From Acidobacteriota bacterium (lineage in GTDB: Bacteria > Acidobacteriota > UBA890 > WLXD01), in contig CAXWPH010000009.1 in NCBI GenBank assembly GCA_963666055.2, positions 17,227 through 81,226 on the forward strand: 64,000 nucleotides of DNA. The letters are read 5' to 3'. Below the pieces are notes generated by a model. That model was not told the DNA's origin. It worked only from the letters and a program-made list of their open reading frames with translations, and ran no database searches. The number at the start of each line of letters is the position of its first letter. Within the stretch, counting starts at the first letter, position 1. Shown here one piece after another: positions 49,694-60,671 of the stretch. The position numbers were made by a program, and so were the translations under genes.

Positions 49694-50554
49694 ATGACGC
49701 GAACTGCGCGCAGCGCGGCGCTCGTTTTCGGCCTGTTGGCCTTCTTCTTTCTCCTGATGTCGTATCAAGTCAATCGCACGCGCACGCTGGCGACGGTGCG
49801 AAGCGCCGTGACCGGTGCGGTATCGCCGTTCCAACGACTCGCGAGCTCCGCTGTCGGTGGGGTGCGCGCCGCTTGGAGTCGATACGTAGCGCTCCTCGGT
49901 TCCGCCGACGAGTTCGAGCGCCTGCGCCGGGAGAACGTGCAGCTACAGCGCCAGCTGGCATCCACGGCGGCGGCACGCCACGAGAATAGGCGCTTGCGAG
50001 CACTGCTGCGTATCACCAAGACCGCGCCAGGGTCTTGGACTGCTGCTAGGGTCGTTGGTCGAGACCTGGCGCATCGCTATCAGTCACTTCAGCTCGATCG
50101 CGGCTCGGCGGACGGCATCAGCGTGGACGACGCCGTCATCTCGCCCGAAGGGGGCCTTGTCGGGCGCGTCATCCAAGTCTCGCGCTGGACGTGCGCTGTG
50201 CAACTGCTTACCGATGCCTTGAGCGGCGTCGGGGCTCGGCTCAGCGAGTCGCGGGCGAGCGGCCTGCTGGCGGGTGCAGACGGCCCGTCGCTCGAGTTGC
50301 GCTTCATTCAAACGCTCGATGACGTGACCGTAGGAGAGATCGTCGAGACCTCGGGCGAGGATGGTATCTACCCGCCCGGGATCCCGATCGGAGAGGTGAC
50401 CCGAGCCGGTGTGGGCCCGGCGTTGCCGGGAACGCCTCCGGTACCTCTCTGGCGCGACGAGACGGCGCTGTTCATGCAGATCGAGGTTCAGCCACGCGTC
50501 GATATGATGCGCCTCGAGGATGTGTTGGTGCTGCGCCACGAGCCCGAATCCTGA
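49694..50554 (+). CDS. mreC: rod shape-determining protein MreC
   Basis: TM, ENRRLRALL, LDRGSADGI, GLVGRV, TSG.DGIYPPGIPIG. Confidence 0.93.
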   Translation: MTRTARSAALVFGLLAFFFLLMSYQVNRTRTLATVRSAVTGAVSPFQRLASSAVGGVRAAWSRYVALLGSADEFERLRRENVQLQRQLASTAAARHENRRLRALLRITKTAPGSWTAARVVGRDLAHRYQSLQLDRGSADGISVDDAVISPEGGLVGRVIQVSRWTCAVQLLTDALSGVGARLSESRASGLLAGADGPSLELRFIQTLDDVTVGEIVETSGEDGIYPPGIPIGEVTRAGVGPALPGTPPVPLWRDETALFMQIEVQPRVDMMRLEDVLVLRHEPES

Positions 50555-50569
50555 TCCCCGGCGGAACCG

Positions 50570-51082
50570 ATGAGATCAGTTTTCCAAATCGTCGTCCTGA
50601 TGCTCGTGGTCGGCACGTTCCAGACAACCCTGACGCAAATGGTGCCGCCTCTGGGCCTGGTCGACGGGCTGATGGTAGCAGCCGGACTGCTAGCGCTGCG
50701 ACGAACCTTCGCCGCTTCCGTGGTCATCGGCGCGCTGGCGGGGTTCGTCCAGGACAGCCTGTCCGGCGGCATCGTCGGGCTGCACGCTTTTGCGAAGACC
50801 GTCGTGGCGGCTCTGATCACTTCGCTGGGGAACGTCATCGTCGTTCGCGGACCACTCGCGGAGGCGATTGTCATTGGAGCCGCTGCGATGATCGAGAGCA
50901 TGATCATCAGGAGTCTGCTCGACTTCTTCGCCTGGCCGGGCATGGAGCCCCTTGCAACGGTTGCTGCCCGCGGCGGCGCCACGGCAATGGCCTGTGGCGT
51001 AATCACCGTGGGCGGCCCGCGCCTCGTAGTAGGCTGGCACGGTAGACGAAAGCGATCTCGTCTGTCGCTAAGACGACGATGA
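50570..51082 (+). CDS. mreD: rod shape-determining protein MreD
   Basis: Hydrophobic, GFVQDSLSG..GLHA; synteny. Confidence 0.85.
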   Translation: MRSVFQIVVLMLVVGTFQTTLTQMVPPLGLVDGLMVAAGLLALRRTFAASVVIGALAGFVQDSLSGGIVGLHAFAKTVVAALITSLGNVIVVRGPLAEAIVIGAAAMIESMIIRSLLDFFAWPGMEPLATVAARGGATAMACGVITVGGPRLVVGWHGRRKRSRLSLRRR

Positions 51083-51125
51083 CCAACCGAGCGCTTATGC
51101 AACGAACTGACCGCAAGACTCGCTC

Positions 51126-53099
51126 ATGACGGGCCGCTGGCGTCCCAACGACGAGGGTCGCGCCGAGCTGAACCCGCCTCCGGGACGGTCTATCCGTCGG
51201 GCTCCGTTACTTGGCCCGCGAGCGCTGGAAACCGCGGCCGATCGTCGGCGCATCACCAACCGCGTGCACGTGCTCGAGGGACTCGCCGTCGTGCTCGTGC
51301 TGACGCTACTGCTCGGCTTCTGGCAAACGCAGGTAATCCATGGTTCGGAGTACGCCAGTCTGGCGGAGAACAATGTTTGGCAGCGCTCGCGCGTACGCCC
51401 GAGTCGTGGGCTCATCCTCGATCGGAACGGCGAGATCCTGGCGACCAATCGACCCTCGTACGAGGTTGCCCTCATTCGCGAGTTGGTGGTGGACGAGGCG
51501 AACACCCTCCGCTGGCTGAGCTCGGTGCTGGAGGAGCCGTACGAGGTTCTTCGCCAGCGGCTCGATCGACAACGAAGCACGGCGCGATTCAGACCCGTCG
51601 TCGTGGCCCCGGGGGTTTCCACGGAGCACGTCGTACGTATAGAGGCACGACGGCTGGAACATCCGGGGGTCGCTGTTCAGATTCACGCGCAACGCTTCTA
51701 TCCGCGCGGCACGACCGCCGCTCACGTGCTGGGCTACGTAGGCGAGATCTCGCCGCAACAACTCGAGACCCGTGGCGAACGGTTCAGCCCGGGCGACATC
51801 GTGGGGCAGCTCGGCGTGGAGTCGGTCTACAACAGCGACCTCGCCGGACAGGCTGGGAGTCGTTTGGCGGTGGTGAACTCCGTGGGGCGCGAGATCCGGC
51901 TGGAAAGCGTGGAGGCTCCCCAACCAGGCGAGACTGTGATTCTCGAGCTCGATATCAAGCTACAGGAGCGCGTCGAGGAACTCCTCGGCGACCGCCGTGG
52001 CGCGGCCGTGGTACTCGACGCTACGAGCGGCGGTGTGCTGGCGCTGGCGAGTTCGCCGGCTTTCGACCCGAACGCGTTCGCCGACCGTTTCTCGGTAGAG
52101 CAGTGGGAGTCTCTGCTGCGCGACCCGGCCAAACCGCTACACAACCGCAGCGTTCGAGCCGGTCAGCCTCCAGGCTCGGTTTTCAAGCTCGTACTCGCCA
52201 CTGCGGGGCTCGAGGAAGGCGTCATCTCGCCGCGCACGACCTATTTCTGCCCGGGCGGGAAGACCTTCTATGGCCGCTTCTTCAGTTGTGAAGGGAAACA
52301 CGGGAACGTCAATGTGGTAGAAGCCCTGGCACGTTCCTGTAACAGCTTCTTCTACGAGCTTGGCGTCAAGCTGGGACGCGAACGTATCGTGCGCTGGGCG
52401 CAGATGTTCGGCCTCGGCACGACCTCCGGTATCGACCTTACCGAAGAGCAGGGCGGCATCGTTCCGAGCGACGAATGGCTGGCGGCCAACGGGCGCCGCT
52501 ATTACCCCGGTGAGACGGTTTCGCTGTCGATCGGCCAAGGGCCGTTGGCGGTCAGCCCACTGCAGCTTGCCAACGTTGCCGCTATCATCGCCGCGGGCGT
52601 CATCCGCCAGCCGCGGCTACTGATGCGCATCGAGGGCGCTAGCAGCGGTGGGACGCGCTCGTACTCGGGCGATCAGCGGCCGGCGCCGTTTAGCAGAGCC
52701 ACCCGCGAGCTGGTGACGCGAGGTATGGCGGGGTCGGTGGCTTACGGCTCGTCGTGGCGCGCCCGGCTGCCCACGGTCACCGTCGGTGGCAAGACCGGCA
52801 CCGCGCAAGTGGCGTCCGCGGCCCGTGTGGCCGCAAACGATGCGGATCGCCCCGAGCACCTCCGCAACCACGCCTGGTTCGTTGCCGCGGCACCCGTCGA
52901 CAACCCCGAGGTGGTGGTGGCCATATATCTGGAGCATGGCGGCTCCGGCGGCAGGGATGCGGCACCCATCGGCGGCAAGATCCTGGCCAGCTACTTCGGA
53001 AAGCCAGTGGAAGAGGATGAATACCGGCAACTGCCGATCGACGAACCGGGGAAGGAGACAGAGACAACACCCGGCGTCGATCCCGAGGGTGAACGATGA
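51126..53099 (+). CDS. mrdA: penicillin-binding protein 2
   Basis: RGLILDRNG, PGSVFK, SCN, KTGT; start uncertain. Confidence 0.93.
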   Translation: MTGRWRPNDEGRAELNPPPGRSIRRAPLLGPRALETAADRRRITNRVHVLEGLAVVLVLTLLLGFWQTQVIHGSEYASLAENNVWQRSRVRPSRGLILDRNGEILATNRPSYEVALIRELVVDEANTLRWLSSVLEEPYEVLRQRLDRQRSTARFRPVVVAPGVSTEHVVRIEARRLEHPGVAVQIHAQRFYPRGTTAAHVLGYVGEISPQQLETRGERFSPGDIVGQLGVESVYNSDLAGQAGSRLAVVNSVGREIRLESVEAPQPGETVILELDIKLQERVEELLGDRRGAAVVLDATSGGVLALASSPAFDPNAFADRFSVEQWESLLRDPAKPLHNRSVRAGQPPGSVFKLVLATAGLEEGVISPRTTYFCPGGKTFYGRFFSCEGKHGNVNVVEALARSCNSFFYELGVKLGRERIVRWAQMFGLGTTSGIDLTEEQGGIVPSDEWLAANGRRYYPGETVSLSIGQGPLAVSPLQLANVAAIIAAGVIRQPRLLMRIEGASSGGTRSYSGDQRPAPFSRATRELVTRGMAGSVAYGSSWRARLPTVTVGGKTGTAQVASAARVAANDADRPEHLRNHAWFVAAAPVDNPEVVVAIYLEHGGSGGRDAAPIGGKILASYFGKPVEEDEYRQLPIDEPGKETETTPGVDPEGER

Positions 53100-54187
53100 C
53101 CCTGTTCGATCGCCGTCTGGTGCGCTGGTTCGATGTCGTTACCCTGCTGATCCTCGCCGCACTCCTGGGCATCGGGATGTTGCTGGTTGCCTCCGCCTCG
53201 GCCGGCGGGGAGCTCGATCTGGCAAAACGCCAGGGCGTCTGGGTGGCGGTCGGCCTGCTACTGACCATAGGGCTGGGGTTCCTCAACTACCGCCACCTCA
53301 CCGACAACGCCTATGTGCTCTGGGGAGTATGTGTCGCGATGCTGGGTCTGGTGCTCGTGCTAGGGCCGCAGATCTCCGGCGCGAGGTCGTGGCTTCGGGT
53401 CGGGAGCGTCGGTATCCAGCCGTCAGAGCTCGCCAAGGTAGCGATCATCTTGGCACTGGCGCGGCTGTTCGCTGACCGTGAGCCACGTCCCTTCGGGCCC
53501 CGTGGCCTCATCATGCCGATGATGATCGTGGCAGTTCCTTTCGTGCTGACGGCAATGCAACCAGACCAGGGTACAGCGATTACGTATCTTCCCATCCTCG
53601 CCGCAACAGCCTGGGCCGCCGGGTTGCAGCTTCGGACGATCGGCGTTCTCACTGGGGTCACGCTGGCGGCAGCGCCGCTATGGTACTTGAGCCTGCAGCC
53701 TTATCAGCGGGCCCGGATCACCAGCTTCTTGGCCCCTGAGGCCGACCCCCTGGGGGCAGGCTATCAACTGGTGCAGAGCAAGATCGCTGTGGGCTCTGGA
53801 GGGCTCTTGGGCAAGGGCTTGTTCTCGGGTACCCAGAGCCAGCTGAATTTTCTGCCCGAGCAGGAGAACGATTTCATCGTCGCTCTGCTCGGTGAGGAGA
53901 TCGGCTTCTTGGGCGTCGCCGCCGTGCTGCTGCTTTACCTGGCGTTGATCCTGCGGCTGTTGCGCGGCGCGCATGTGGCCCGGGATCGCGCCGGAGCCTA
54001 CATCTGCGCCGGCGTGGCGGGGTTACTCACGTTCCACCTGGCGGTTAACGCTGGCATGGTCATCGGGTATCTGCCGATCACCGGAATCCCTCTCCCATTG
54101 CTGTCGTATGGGGGTTCGTCAGCAGTGGCAACGTGCATCGCGATCGGACTGGTGATCTCGGTGCGCAGTCGACGCTTCGTCGGCTAG
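53096..54187 (+). CDS. rodA: SEDS glycosyltransferase RodA
   Basis: QPSELAK, QPDQGT, IAVGSGG, SYGGSS. Confidence 0.95.
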   Translation: MTLFDRRLVRWFDVVTLLILAALLGIGMLLVASASAGGELDLAKRQGVWVAVGLLLTIGLGFLNYRHLTDNAYVLWGVCVAMLGLVLVLGPQISGARSWLRVGSVGIQPSELAKVAIILALARLFADREPRPFGPRGLIMPMMIVAVPFVLTAMQPDQGTAITYLPILAATAWAAGLQLRTIGVLTGVTLAAAPLWYLSLQPYQRARITSFLAPEADPLGAGYQLVQSKIAVGSGGLLGKGLFSGTQSQLNFLPEQENDFIVALLGEEIGFLGVAAVLLLYLALILRLLRGAHVARDRAGAYICAGVAGLLTFHLAVNAGMVIGYLPITGIPLPLLSYGGSSAVATCIAIGLVISVRSRRFVG

Positions 54188-54266
54188 CCTCTGGCGCGCC
54201 GCGAAGGCCCCCGTCTACCGCGACGCCCTCCGCACAAAAAACGAGGCTCGGGCCGGTTCGTGACCC

Positions 54267-54275
54267 TGGTACAAT
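54267..54275 (+). promoter_or_regulatory. extended -10 element upstream of the RNase E/G gene
   Basis: TGgTACAAT about 420 bp upstream of the ATG. Confidence 0.45.
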
Positions 54276-54696
54276 TCCGGTAGGATACAGAGCGTCCTGA
54301 TTTCGGGACACATAGGATCCGAGCCCGTTCCGGGGAATCGATCAAATGTCGTGCGGCCGGCCGTTCTCGCCGGCGCGGATGCGACCTGTACGGGGTCGAC
54401 GATTCTCCGGTGGGTAAAGAGGTCGACTGAGCGGCGACGAAAGTGCCGCCAACCGGCACGGGGCACAAGGTTTTTTTTGGAGAGTTCGGTATCACGATAT
54501 TCCGGCGCCGCTGTCTACGGCGGCGTCGTCAGGAAACCGTCGATGGGCGCCCAGCTAACAGCACAACAACCGGAGATGCGGTGGACCGGGCCTGGCTCGA
54601 TCCACACGGCTGCTCCGCGTGCGCCCATCCCGCCGCAGCGTCCGTACGACCCCTGGTCGGCTCCTCGGAGCCCGGGCGCGCGCAGGGGAGTACTAC

Positions 54697-56226
54697 ATGG
54701 CACGCAAAGAGATCATCGCCAACTGCGGGGACAGCGAGACCCGCGTGGCGATACTCGAAGACGGACAGCTTCAGGAAGTATTCATCGAGCGGGAGAGCAC
54801 CCGCGGAACCGCCGGCAACATCTATAAGGGGCGCGTAAACCGGGTCCTTCCCGGTATGCAGTCGGCCTTCGTCAACATCGGGCTGACGCGCGACGGCTTC
54901 CTGTACGTCTCCGATGTCCTGCCGGACATCGATGCCTATACTTCGTGGCTCGATGACGACGACAGCAACGACGACGGCACCCCCAAGCCACAACGCCGCC
55001 AGAGCCGCCGGTCGCGCGAATCGCAAAAGATCGACAAGCTGCTGAGCCGCGGCGACGAGATCTTGGTGCAGATCTCCAAGGCGCCCCTGGGTACGAAGGG
55101 TGCGCGCGTCACTACCAACGTTTCATTGCCCGGCCGCTATCTCGTGTATATGCCCTCGGTCGATCACGTCGGGGTGTCGCGCAAGATCGAGAACCGCGCC
55201 GAGCGCCACCGATTGAAGCGCATCACCCAGAAGGCGCGCCAGAAGGGGATGGGCGGCTTCATCGTTCGTACTGCAGGGGTCGGACGTAGCCAGCAGGAGT
55301 TCGCCGATGACATGCGGTTCCTGCACGAGCTATGGGAAGAGCTCAAGCGTCGCAGCGAGCAGGCGGAGGCGCCCGCCATCATCCACCGCGACCTATCGGT
55401 GCTGCTGCGGCTGCTGCGCGATCTGTTCACCACGGAATACAGCCGCGTTGTGATCGACGACCAGACGGAGTACGAGCGTGCCAAGCGCTTCCTCGAGGCG
55501 ATCAACCCAGACGTGGCGGATCGTGTTCAGCATCATCGCTCGGACCGCCCGATCTTCGACCAGTTCGAAATCGAGCCGCAGATCCACAAGGCGCTCGAGT
55601 CGAAAGTATGGCTCAAGTCGGGCGCCTATCTGGTCATCAACCAGACCGAGGCGCTGGTGGCGATCGACATCAACACCGGCAAGTACGTCGGCAAGCGACG
55701 CCTGGAAGACACCGTGCTGCAAACCAATCTCGAGGCAGTGCGCGAGATCGTGCGCCAGATCCGCCTCCGCGACCTTGGCGGCATTATCGTCATCGACTTC
55801 ATCGACATGGAGGAGCCGGCGAACCGACGCCAGGTGGTCGAGGTGCTCCAAGAGGAGCTCGAGAAGGACCGCGCCAAGACGCAACTGTTGCAAATTTCCG
55901 AGTTCGGTCTCGTGGAGCTGACGCGCCAGCGCGTCAAGCAAAGCCTCGAGAACACCCTCACGCAGGCGTGCCCCTATTGCCACTCGAGCGGCCGGGTGAA
56001 ATCCGTCGACACCGTCTGTTTGGAGATACTGCGCGAGGTGAACCGTTTGCGGAAACAGCTACGCGGGCGCGATGTGGTTGTGCGAGCCAACCCGGTGATC
56101 GACCGTGCCCTCCGCGGTGACCACCGCTCGGTGCTACAGGGCATGCGCGAGATCGTGCAGGCGCCGGTGAACGTGGTGGCCGACCAGATGCTGCACCAGG
56201 AGCAGTTCGAGGTCGCAAACCTCTGA
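54697..56226 (+). CDS. ribonuclease E/G family (RNase G-sized)
   Basis: GNIYKGRV..PGMQSAFV, IDINTG, RLRDLGGIIVIDFIDM, CPYC. Confidence 0.95.
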   Translation: MARKEIIANCGDSETRVAILEDGQLQEVFIERESTRGTAGNIYKGRVNRVLPGMQSAFVNIGLTRDGFLYVSDVLPDIDAYTSWLDDDDSNDDGTPKPQRRQSRRSRESQKIDKLLSRGDEILVQISKAPLGTKGARVTTNVSLPGRYLVYMPSVDHVGVSRKIENRAERHRLKRITQKARQKGMGGFIVRTAGVGRSQQEFADDMRFLHELWEELKRRSEQAEAPAIIHRDLSVLLRLLRDLFTTEYSRVVIDDQTEYERAKRFLEAINPDVADRVQHHRSDRPIFDQFEIEPQIHKALESKVWLKSGAYLVINQTEALVAIDINTGKYVGKRRLEDTVLQTNLEAVREIVRQIRLRDLGGIIVIDFIDMEEPANRRQVVEVLQEELEKDRAKTQLLQISEFGLVELTRQRVKQSLENTLTQACPYCHSSGRVKSVDTVCLEILREVNRLRKQLRGRDVVVRANPVIDRALRGDHRSVLQGMREIVQAPVNVVADQMLHQEQFEVANL

Positions 56227-56356
56227 CCGACGCAGCTCGCTCGTCGAGCGCTACCCACTGCGCAGGCGAGCGTACCCAGCAGGCTCCTAGCGCGCCTCGG
56301 CGGAGCGTAGGTAGGTACCTGCTAGGATTCAGCTCTAACTCGTCGTATTCGACCTC

Positions 56357-59025
56357 GTGGAGGAGTTCCCGACGACCCGGACCCGCTGTCACCTCGGCGC
56401 CGCCAGCACGGGCATCGCGCTGCTCCTCGGGCTCTGCCCCGCGACGCTGTGGGCGCAGGATTCGCCACCGCAACCCAGCAAGCAAACACGGACCATGGTC
56501 GCTGGCGCAAACTACTCTGCCGGGGCCTTCAAGAAGCTCGTCTTCGGCAACGCGTACCGCGACATCTGGACTCTGCCGATCGAGGTCGAGCTGCTCGACC
56601 TGGCTCGGGAGGCCGGCGGGCTCGAGCCCCTACGACGGGTCGGCGGATTGCAAACTGCCGGCTTGGCTCTGCGCGGAGCCGACGGACACAGCTACACGTT
56701 TCGAGGCGTCGCCAAGGACCCGACGCTGATCCTGCCCGCTGAGCTCCAGGACACGCCGATCGCCGACATCGCCCAGGACCAGATCTCGGCAAGCTTCCCC
56801 GCGGGCTCGCTGGTCGCCGCGCCGTTGACGCGCGCCGGCGGCGTCTTGCAGCCGCTACCGCGGCTCGTCGTCATGCCCGACGATCCGCGCCTCGGTGAGT
56901 TTCGGGAGGAGTTTGCAGGGTTGCTCGGCACGATCGAGGAGTTTCCCACCGCTGCAACCGAGGGCGGCACCTTCGGTGCCACCGAGATCATCGGCGGACG
57001 CGAGATCTTCGACCACCTCACCCGTAGCTCCGCCGTGGTCGTCGATGCCGATGCGTTCTTGCGGGCCCGCCTGGTTGATCTGCTGATCGGCGACTGGGAT
57101 CGCCATGTCGAGCAATGGCGCTGGGCGCGCATACCCGGTATGGCCAAGCTGCAGCCGATCGCGGAAGACCGCGACCAGGCGTTCTCACGCTACGAAGGCT
57201 TTGCCCTCTCGGTGGCCCGTGATCGCGAACCCAAGTTCGACTCTTTCCAGAGCAGTTATCAGGGTCTCGAAGGGTTGACGTGGAACGCACGGTCGCTGGA
57301 TCGGCGATTACTCTATCGGGCCTCGGCTGGCAGGCCTGGGAGCAAGCTGCAGCCGATCTCCAGATGCGGCTCACGGATACCGTCATCGAGACCGCCGTAC
57401 GTCACATGCCGGCGGAGTACTACGAGCTGCATGGCAGGGAGCTCACCGCCAAGCTCCGCGCGCGCCGTGACGCTCTGCTCGACCAGGCGCGGCGCTTTTA
57501 TCTGTTCCTGTCCGAGCTGGTCAACATCTACACAACCGACAGCGCCGAAGTAATCACCATCGAGCGACACCAAGGCGGTTCCGTCTCGGTTGTCGTGGCG
57601 CCGGGAAGCGGCGCATGCGATGCACCGACGACAACCGGTGAACCGTTCTTCACGCGGCGCTTCGAGCCGGCGGAGACGGAGCAACTTCGCGTGTATACCG
57701 GTGGCGGCGACGATCGTGTTGCGGTGTCGGGTCCACCGACCGACGCGATCTCCATCGTGATCGTCGGCGGGGCGGGGAACAACACGCTGTGCGACTCTGC
57801 CGCCGGCCGGCAAGTGAGGTTCGACAGCTCCACCGAGGGCCGGCGGGGCCGAGGCGTTACGATCTCCGATGGACTGCGCATTGCACCGTCGGAGCCGATC
57901 GGGGCCACCGGTACGCCTGAAGAGGGCCAGGGCGCTGCTGCCGATGCGCGCCGTGATTGGGGCAGCACCAGCTATCGGACTCCCTGGTTCGGCTACGGGC
58001 CCGACTTGGGGGTCTTCATCGGATCTGGCATCGCCATCGAGAGCTTCGGCTTCCGCAAGCGCCCCTATGCATCACGCCATCAGATCCGTCTCGGGTTCAG
58101 CACCGGCGCGCTGCGCCCGCGGCTCGACTACAGTGCCGAGTTTCGATCCGAGAACCGTAGCCATTACTGGACCGTGCGCGCTCTGATCTCCGGAATCGAG
58201 ACACTCAACTTCTACGGCTTTGGCAACGAATCGCCGAACGTGGAGGCCAGCGCGCTGCGCCGCGTGCAGCAGGCCGCCGCCATGGTCGAGTCGCGGCTAG
58301 TCCTTCGCCTGGGCGACAACGCGTCCATATCGACCGGGCCGGTGGCTCGGTACACCACCACCGATCTGAGCGATGATCGCGTGATCTCGCGCCAACGGCC
58401 CTATGGCGTCGAGAACATCGCTCAAATCGGCTGGGTCAGTGGGCTCAGCATCAACACCCGGCGCTATCCGGGAACCCGCACCGTCGATGCGACCGACGAC
58501 ACCTTGCGGTGGGGCCCGGCGCCGGTAGGCCCAGGCTACACGCTCGACGTCGACGCGACCTACTACTCGCGCCTCGGAGATCTTATCGACGATTACACCG
58601 TGATTCGCGGCGCCGCGACTGCGTCGTACTGGTTGCCGAGCCAGGGCCTCGGAATCGGCTTCCGCGTCGGCGGGCAACAGAACTTCGGCACCTTTCCTTA
58701 CTACGACGCGGCGTTCATCGGCGGCAGCACCGTGCGCGGCCTGCGCGCCAACCGCTTCGCCGGCGAATCTTCCGCCTACGGCAACGTCGAACTGCTGGCG
58801 CGCGTCGGTCGCTTTTCGATCGTGGTGCCCGGACGCTGGGGCGTCTTCGTACGTGCCGACAGCGGCCGCGTCTGGCTCGACGGCGAGGACTCCGACACCT
58901 GGCACGCCGGCTACGGTGGCGGGCTCTGGTGGGCACCCTGGAATCTCACCAACGCGATACGGATCTACGTCGCCAAGAGCGACGAGCAAACAGCCTTGTA
59001 CCTGTTGGCGGGGTTCGGTTTCTAG
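56357..59025 (+). pseudogene. kinase-like domain fused to an Omp85/BamA-type barrel, split by a frameshift near 57311
   Basis: Signal peptide, GGLQT, GDWDRH, DRDQAF in ORF 56357-57553; continuation in ORF 57280-59025 with VRGLRANRFAG and C-terminal GFGF; removing one CT from CTCT at 57311-57314 gives DRRLLSGL. Confidence 0.7.
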
Positions 59026-59074
59026 CCCGCCGCAGATGTGCCCTTGGCGGCGCTACCCTCCGGGTAAGTGGGAG

Positions 59075-60511
59075 TTACGGGCGACGGTCGTCGTCGCCAC
59101 GCCCCGCCTGCTCGACTTCTAGCGCCTGGCGCAGGGCGGCGTCGATTCGCTCCTCGTCGCCTGCAAGCAACGTGCGCACGTCGAGGACGAGGCGGTCGTT
59201 GACGACGCGGCCCACCAGGGCGGGCTCGGTACCCCGCAGGCGGCGCACCAACTGGTCGGCGGTCAGCGGCGTGGCCACGGCAATTCCCCACGATGGCAGC
59301 GCGGTGTCCGGGGCTGCTCCGCCACCGACGCGCGATTCGAGCTGCAATACCTTGGTGCTGACGCCGTCGATCGCATCGACCAGCGCCGCCAGGGACTCGG
59401 CGCGCGTCCGCAACCGTGCGGGTTGCTGGCGCAGCATCGCCAAGGTCGGTATGGCGTCGGATCTGCCCGCCAGGTATTCGATCAGCGTTGCCTCGAGGGC
59501 CAGGAGTGTCACCTTGTCGAGTCGCAGGGCCCGGTACAGTGGGTTCTGCCGGACACGCTCGACAGCTTCAGGCCGGCCGGCAATGAGGCCCGCTTGCGGA
59601 CCACCGAGCAGCTTGTCGCCTGAGAAAGTCACCAGATCGACGCCGGTAGCGAGGCGCTGAGCGACGGTCGGATCGTCGGCGATTCCGACCACCCCGAGGT
59701 CGACGAGGTTGCCGCTCCCGAGATCCTCGACCACCGGCACGCCGGTCTCGTGTCCCAGCACGACCAACTGCTCGAGCGGTACGCTCTCGGTAAAGCCCAC
59801 CACACGATAGTTACTCGGATGCACCGCCAACAGCAGCCCGGTCTCGGAGCCGATCGCCTGGCGGAAATCCTCGATACGCGTACGGTTCGTCGTACCCACC
59901 TCGCGCAGACGGCAAAAACCCTTCTCCATTACCTCCGGGATGCGAAACGAACCGCCGATCTCGACTAACTGGCCCCGCGATACCACTACCTCGCGCCCCT
60001 GCGCGAAAGTGTTGAGGACGAGCAGCACGGCGGCGGCGTTGTTGTTCACCACCGCCACGTCGACACCAGGCAGCAAGCGCTCGAGCAAGCTGGCCACGGG
60101 GCGATCGCGCCCGCCGCGCGAACCGCCCGAGAGGTCGTACTCGAGGTTCAGGTAGGCGGTCGCCAGGTCTGCGACACGTGCGGCAGCAGCTGTGCTCCAG
60201 GGCGATCGACCCAGGTTGGTGTGCACGACGACGCCGGTACCATTCACCACCCGCCGCAAGCGCGTTCGCAGCATTGCCGCGCCCGTTTGCATCACGTTGT
60301 CGGCGACCGAGCCCAGCAGTACACCGAGCTCACCGCCGTCGAGGTCTCCGGCCAAGATCTCGTTTCTCAGGCGATCGAGCAAAGCGGCAGCGGCCTGTCG
60401 GGCGAATCCCCGGCTCCAACCCTCTGCGGCGATCCGACGTCGTACCTCCTCGTCCTCCAGAACCGCGTTCATGCTCGGCAGACGACGAAGCAGCGCTTCA
60501 ATGAGGCTCAT
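59075..60511 (-). CDS. selA: L-seryl-tRNA(Sec) selenium transferase
   Basis: NGTGVVVHTNLGR, NNNAAA, EIGGSFRIP, EVGTTNRT, FSGDKLLGGPQAG. Confidence 0.96.
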   Translation of the reverse strand: MSLIEALLRRLPSMNAVLEDEEVRRRIAAEGWSRGFARQAAAALLDRLRNEILAGDLDGGELGVLLGSVADNVMQTGAAMLRTRLRRVVNGTGVVVHTNLGRSPWSTAAAARVADLATAYLNLEYDLSGGSRGGRDRPVASLLERLLPGVDVAVVNNNAAAVLLVLNTFAQGREVVVSRGQLVEIGGSFRIPEVMEKGFCRLREVGTTNRTRIEDFRQAIGSETGLLLAVHPSNYRVVGFTESVPLEQLVVLGHETGVPVVEDLGSGNLVDLGVVGIADDPTVAQRLATGVDLVTFSGDKLLGGPQAGLIAGRPEAVERVRQNPLYRALRLDKVTLLALEATLIEYLAGRSDAIPTLAMLRQQPARLRTRAESLAALVDAIDGVSTKVLQLESRVGGGAAPDTALPSWGIAVATPLTADQLVRRLRGTEPALVGRVVNDRLVLDVRTLLAGDEERIDAALRQALEVEQAGRGDDDRRP

Positions 60512-60671
60512 TGGATCCGCTCGAACTACGCTTGGAGCTCGCAGGCCCGGCACCGTGCCGGAGACTCAAGTTCAGCTCGCTGCATTCCATCTACCAATCT
60601 GCTCGCGGGCTGGTAGCATCGTAGCGTGCGGCGTCGGCGCGATGGGATTGAGTCCCGGCTCAGGGTGACGA

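Noticed and set aside
60512-60671. Possible tRNA-Sec next to selA
   Set aside because: No cloverleaf, T-loop or UCA anticodon arm found by eye.
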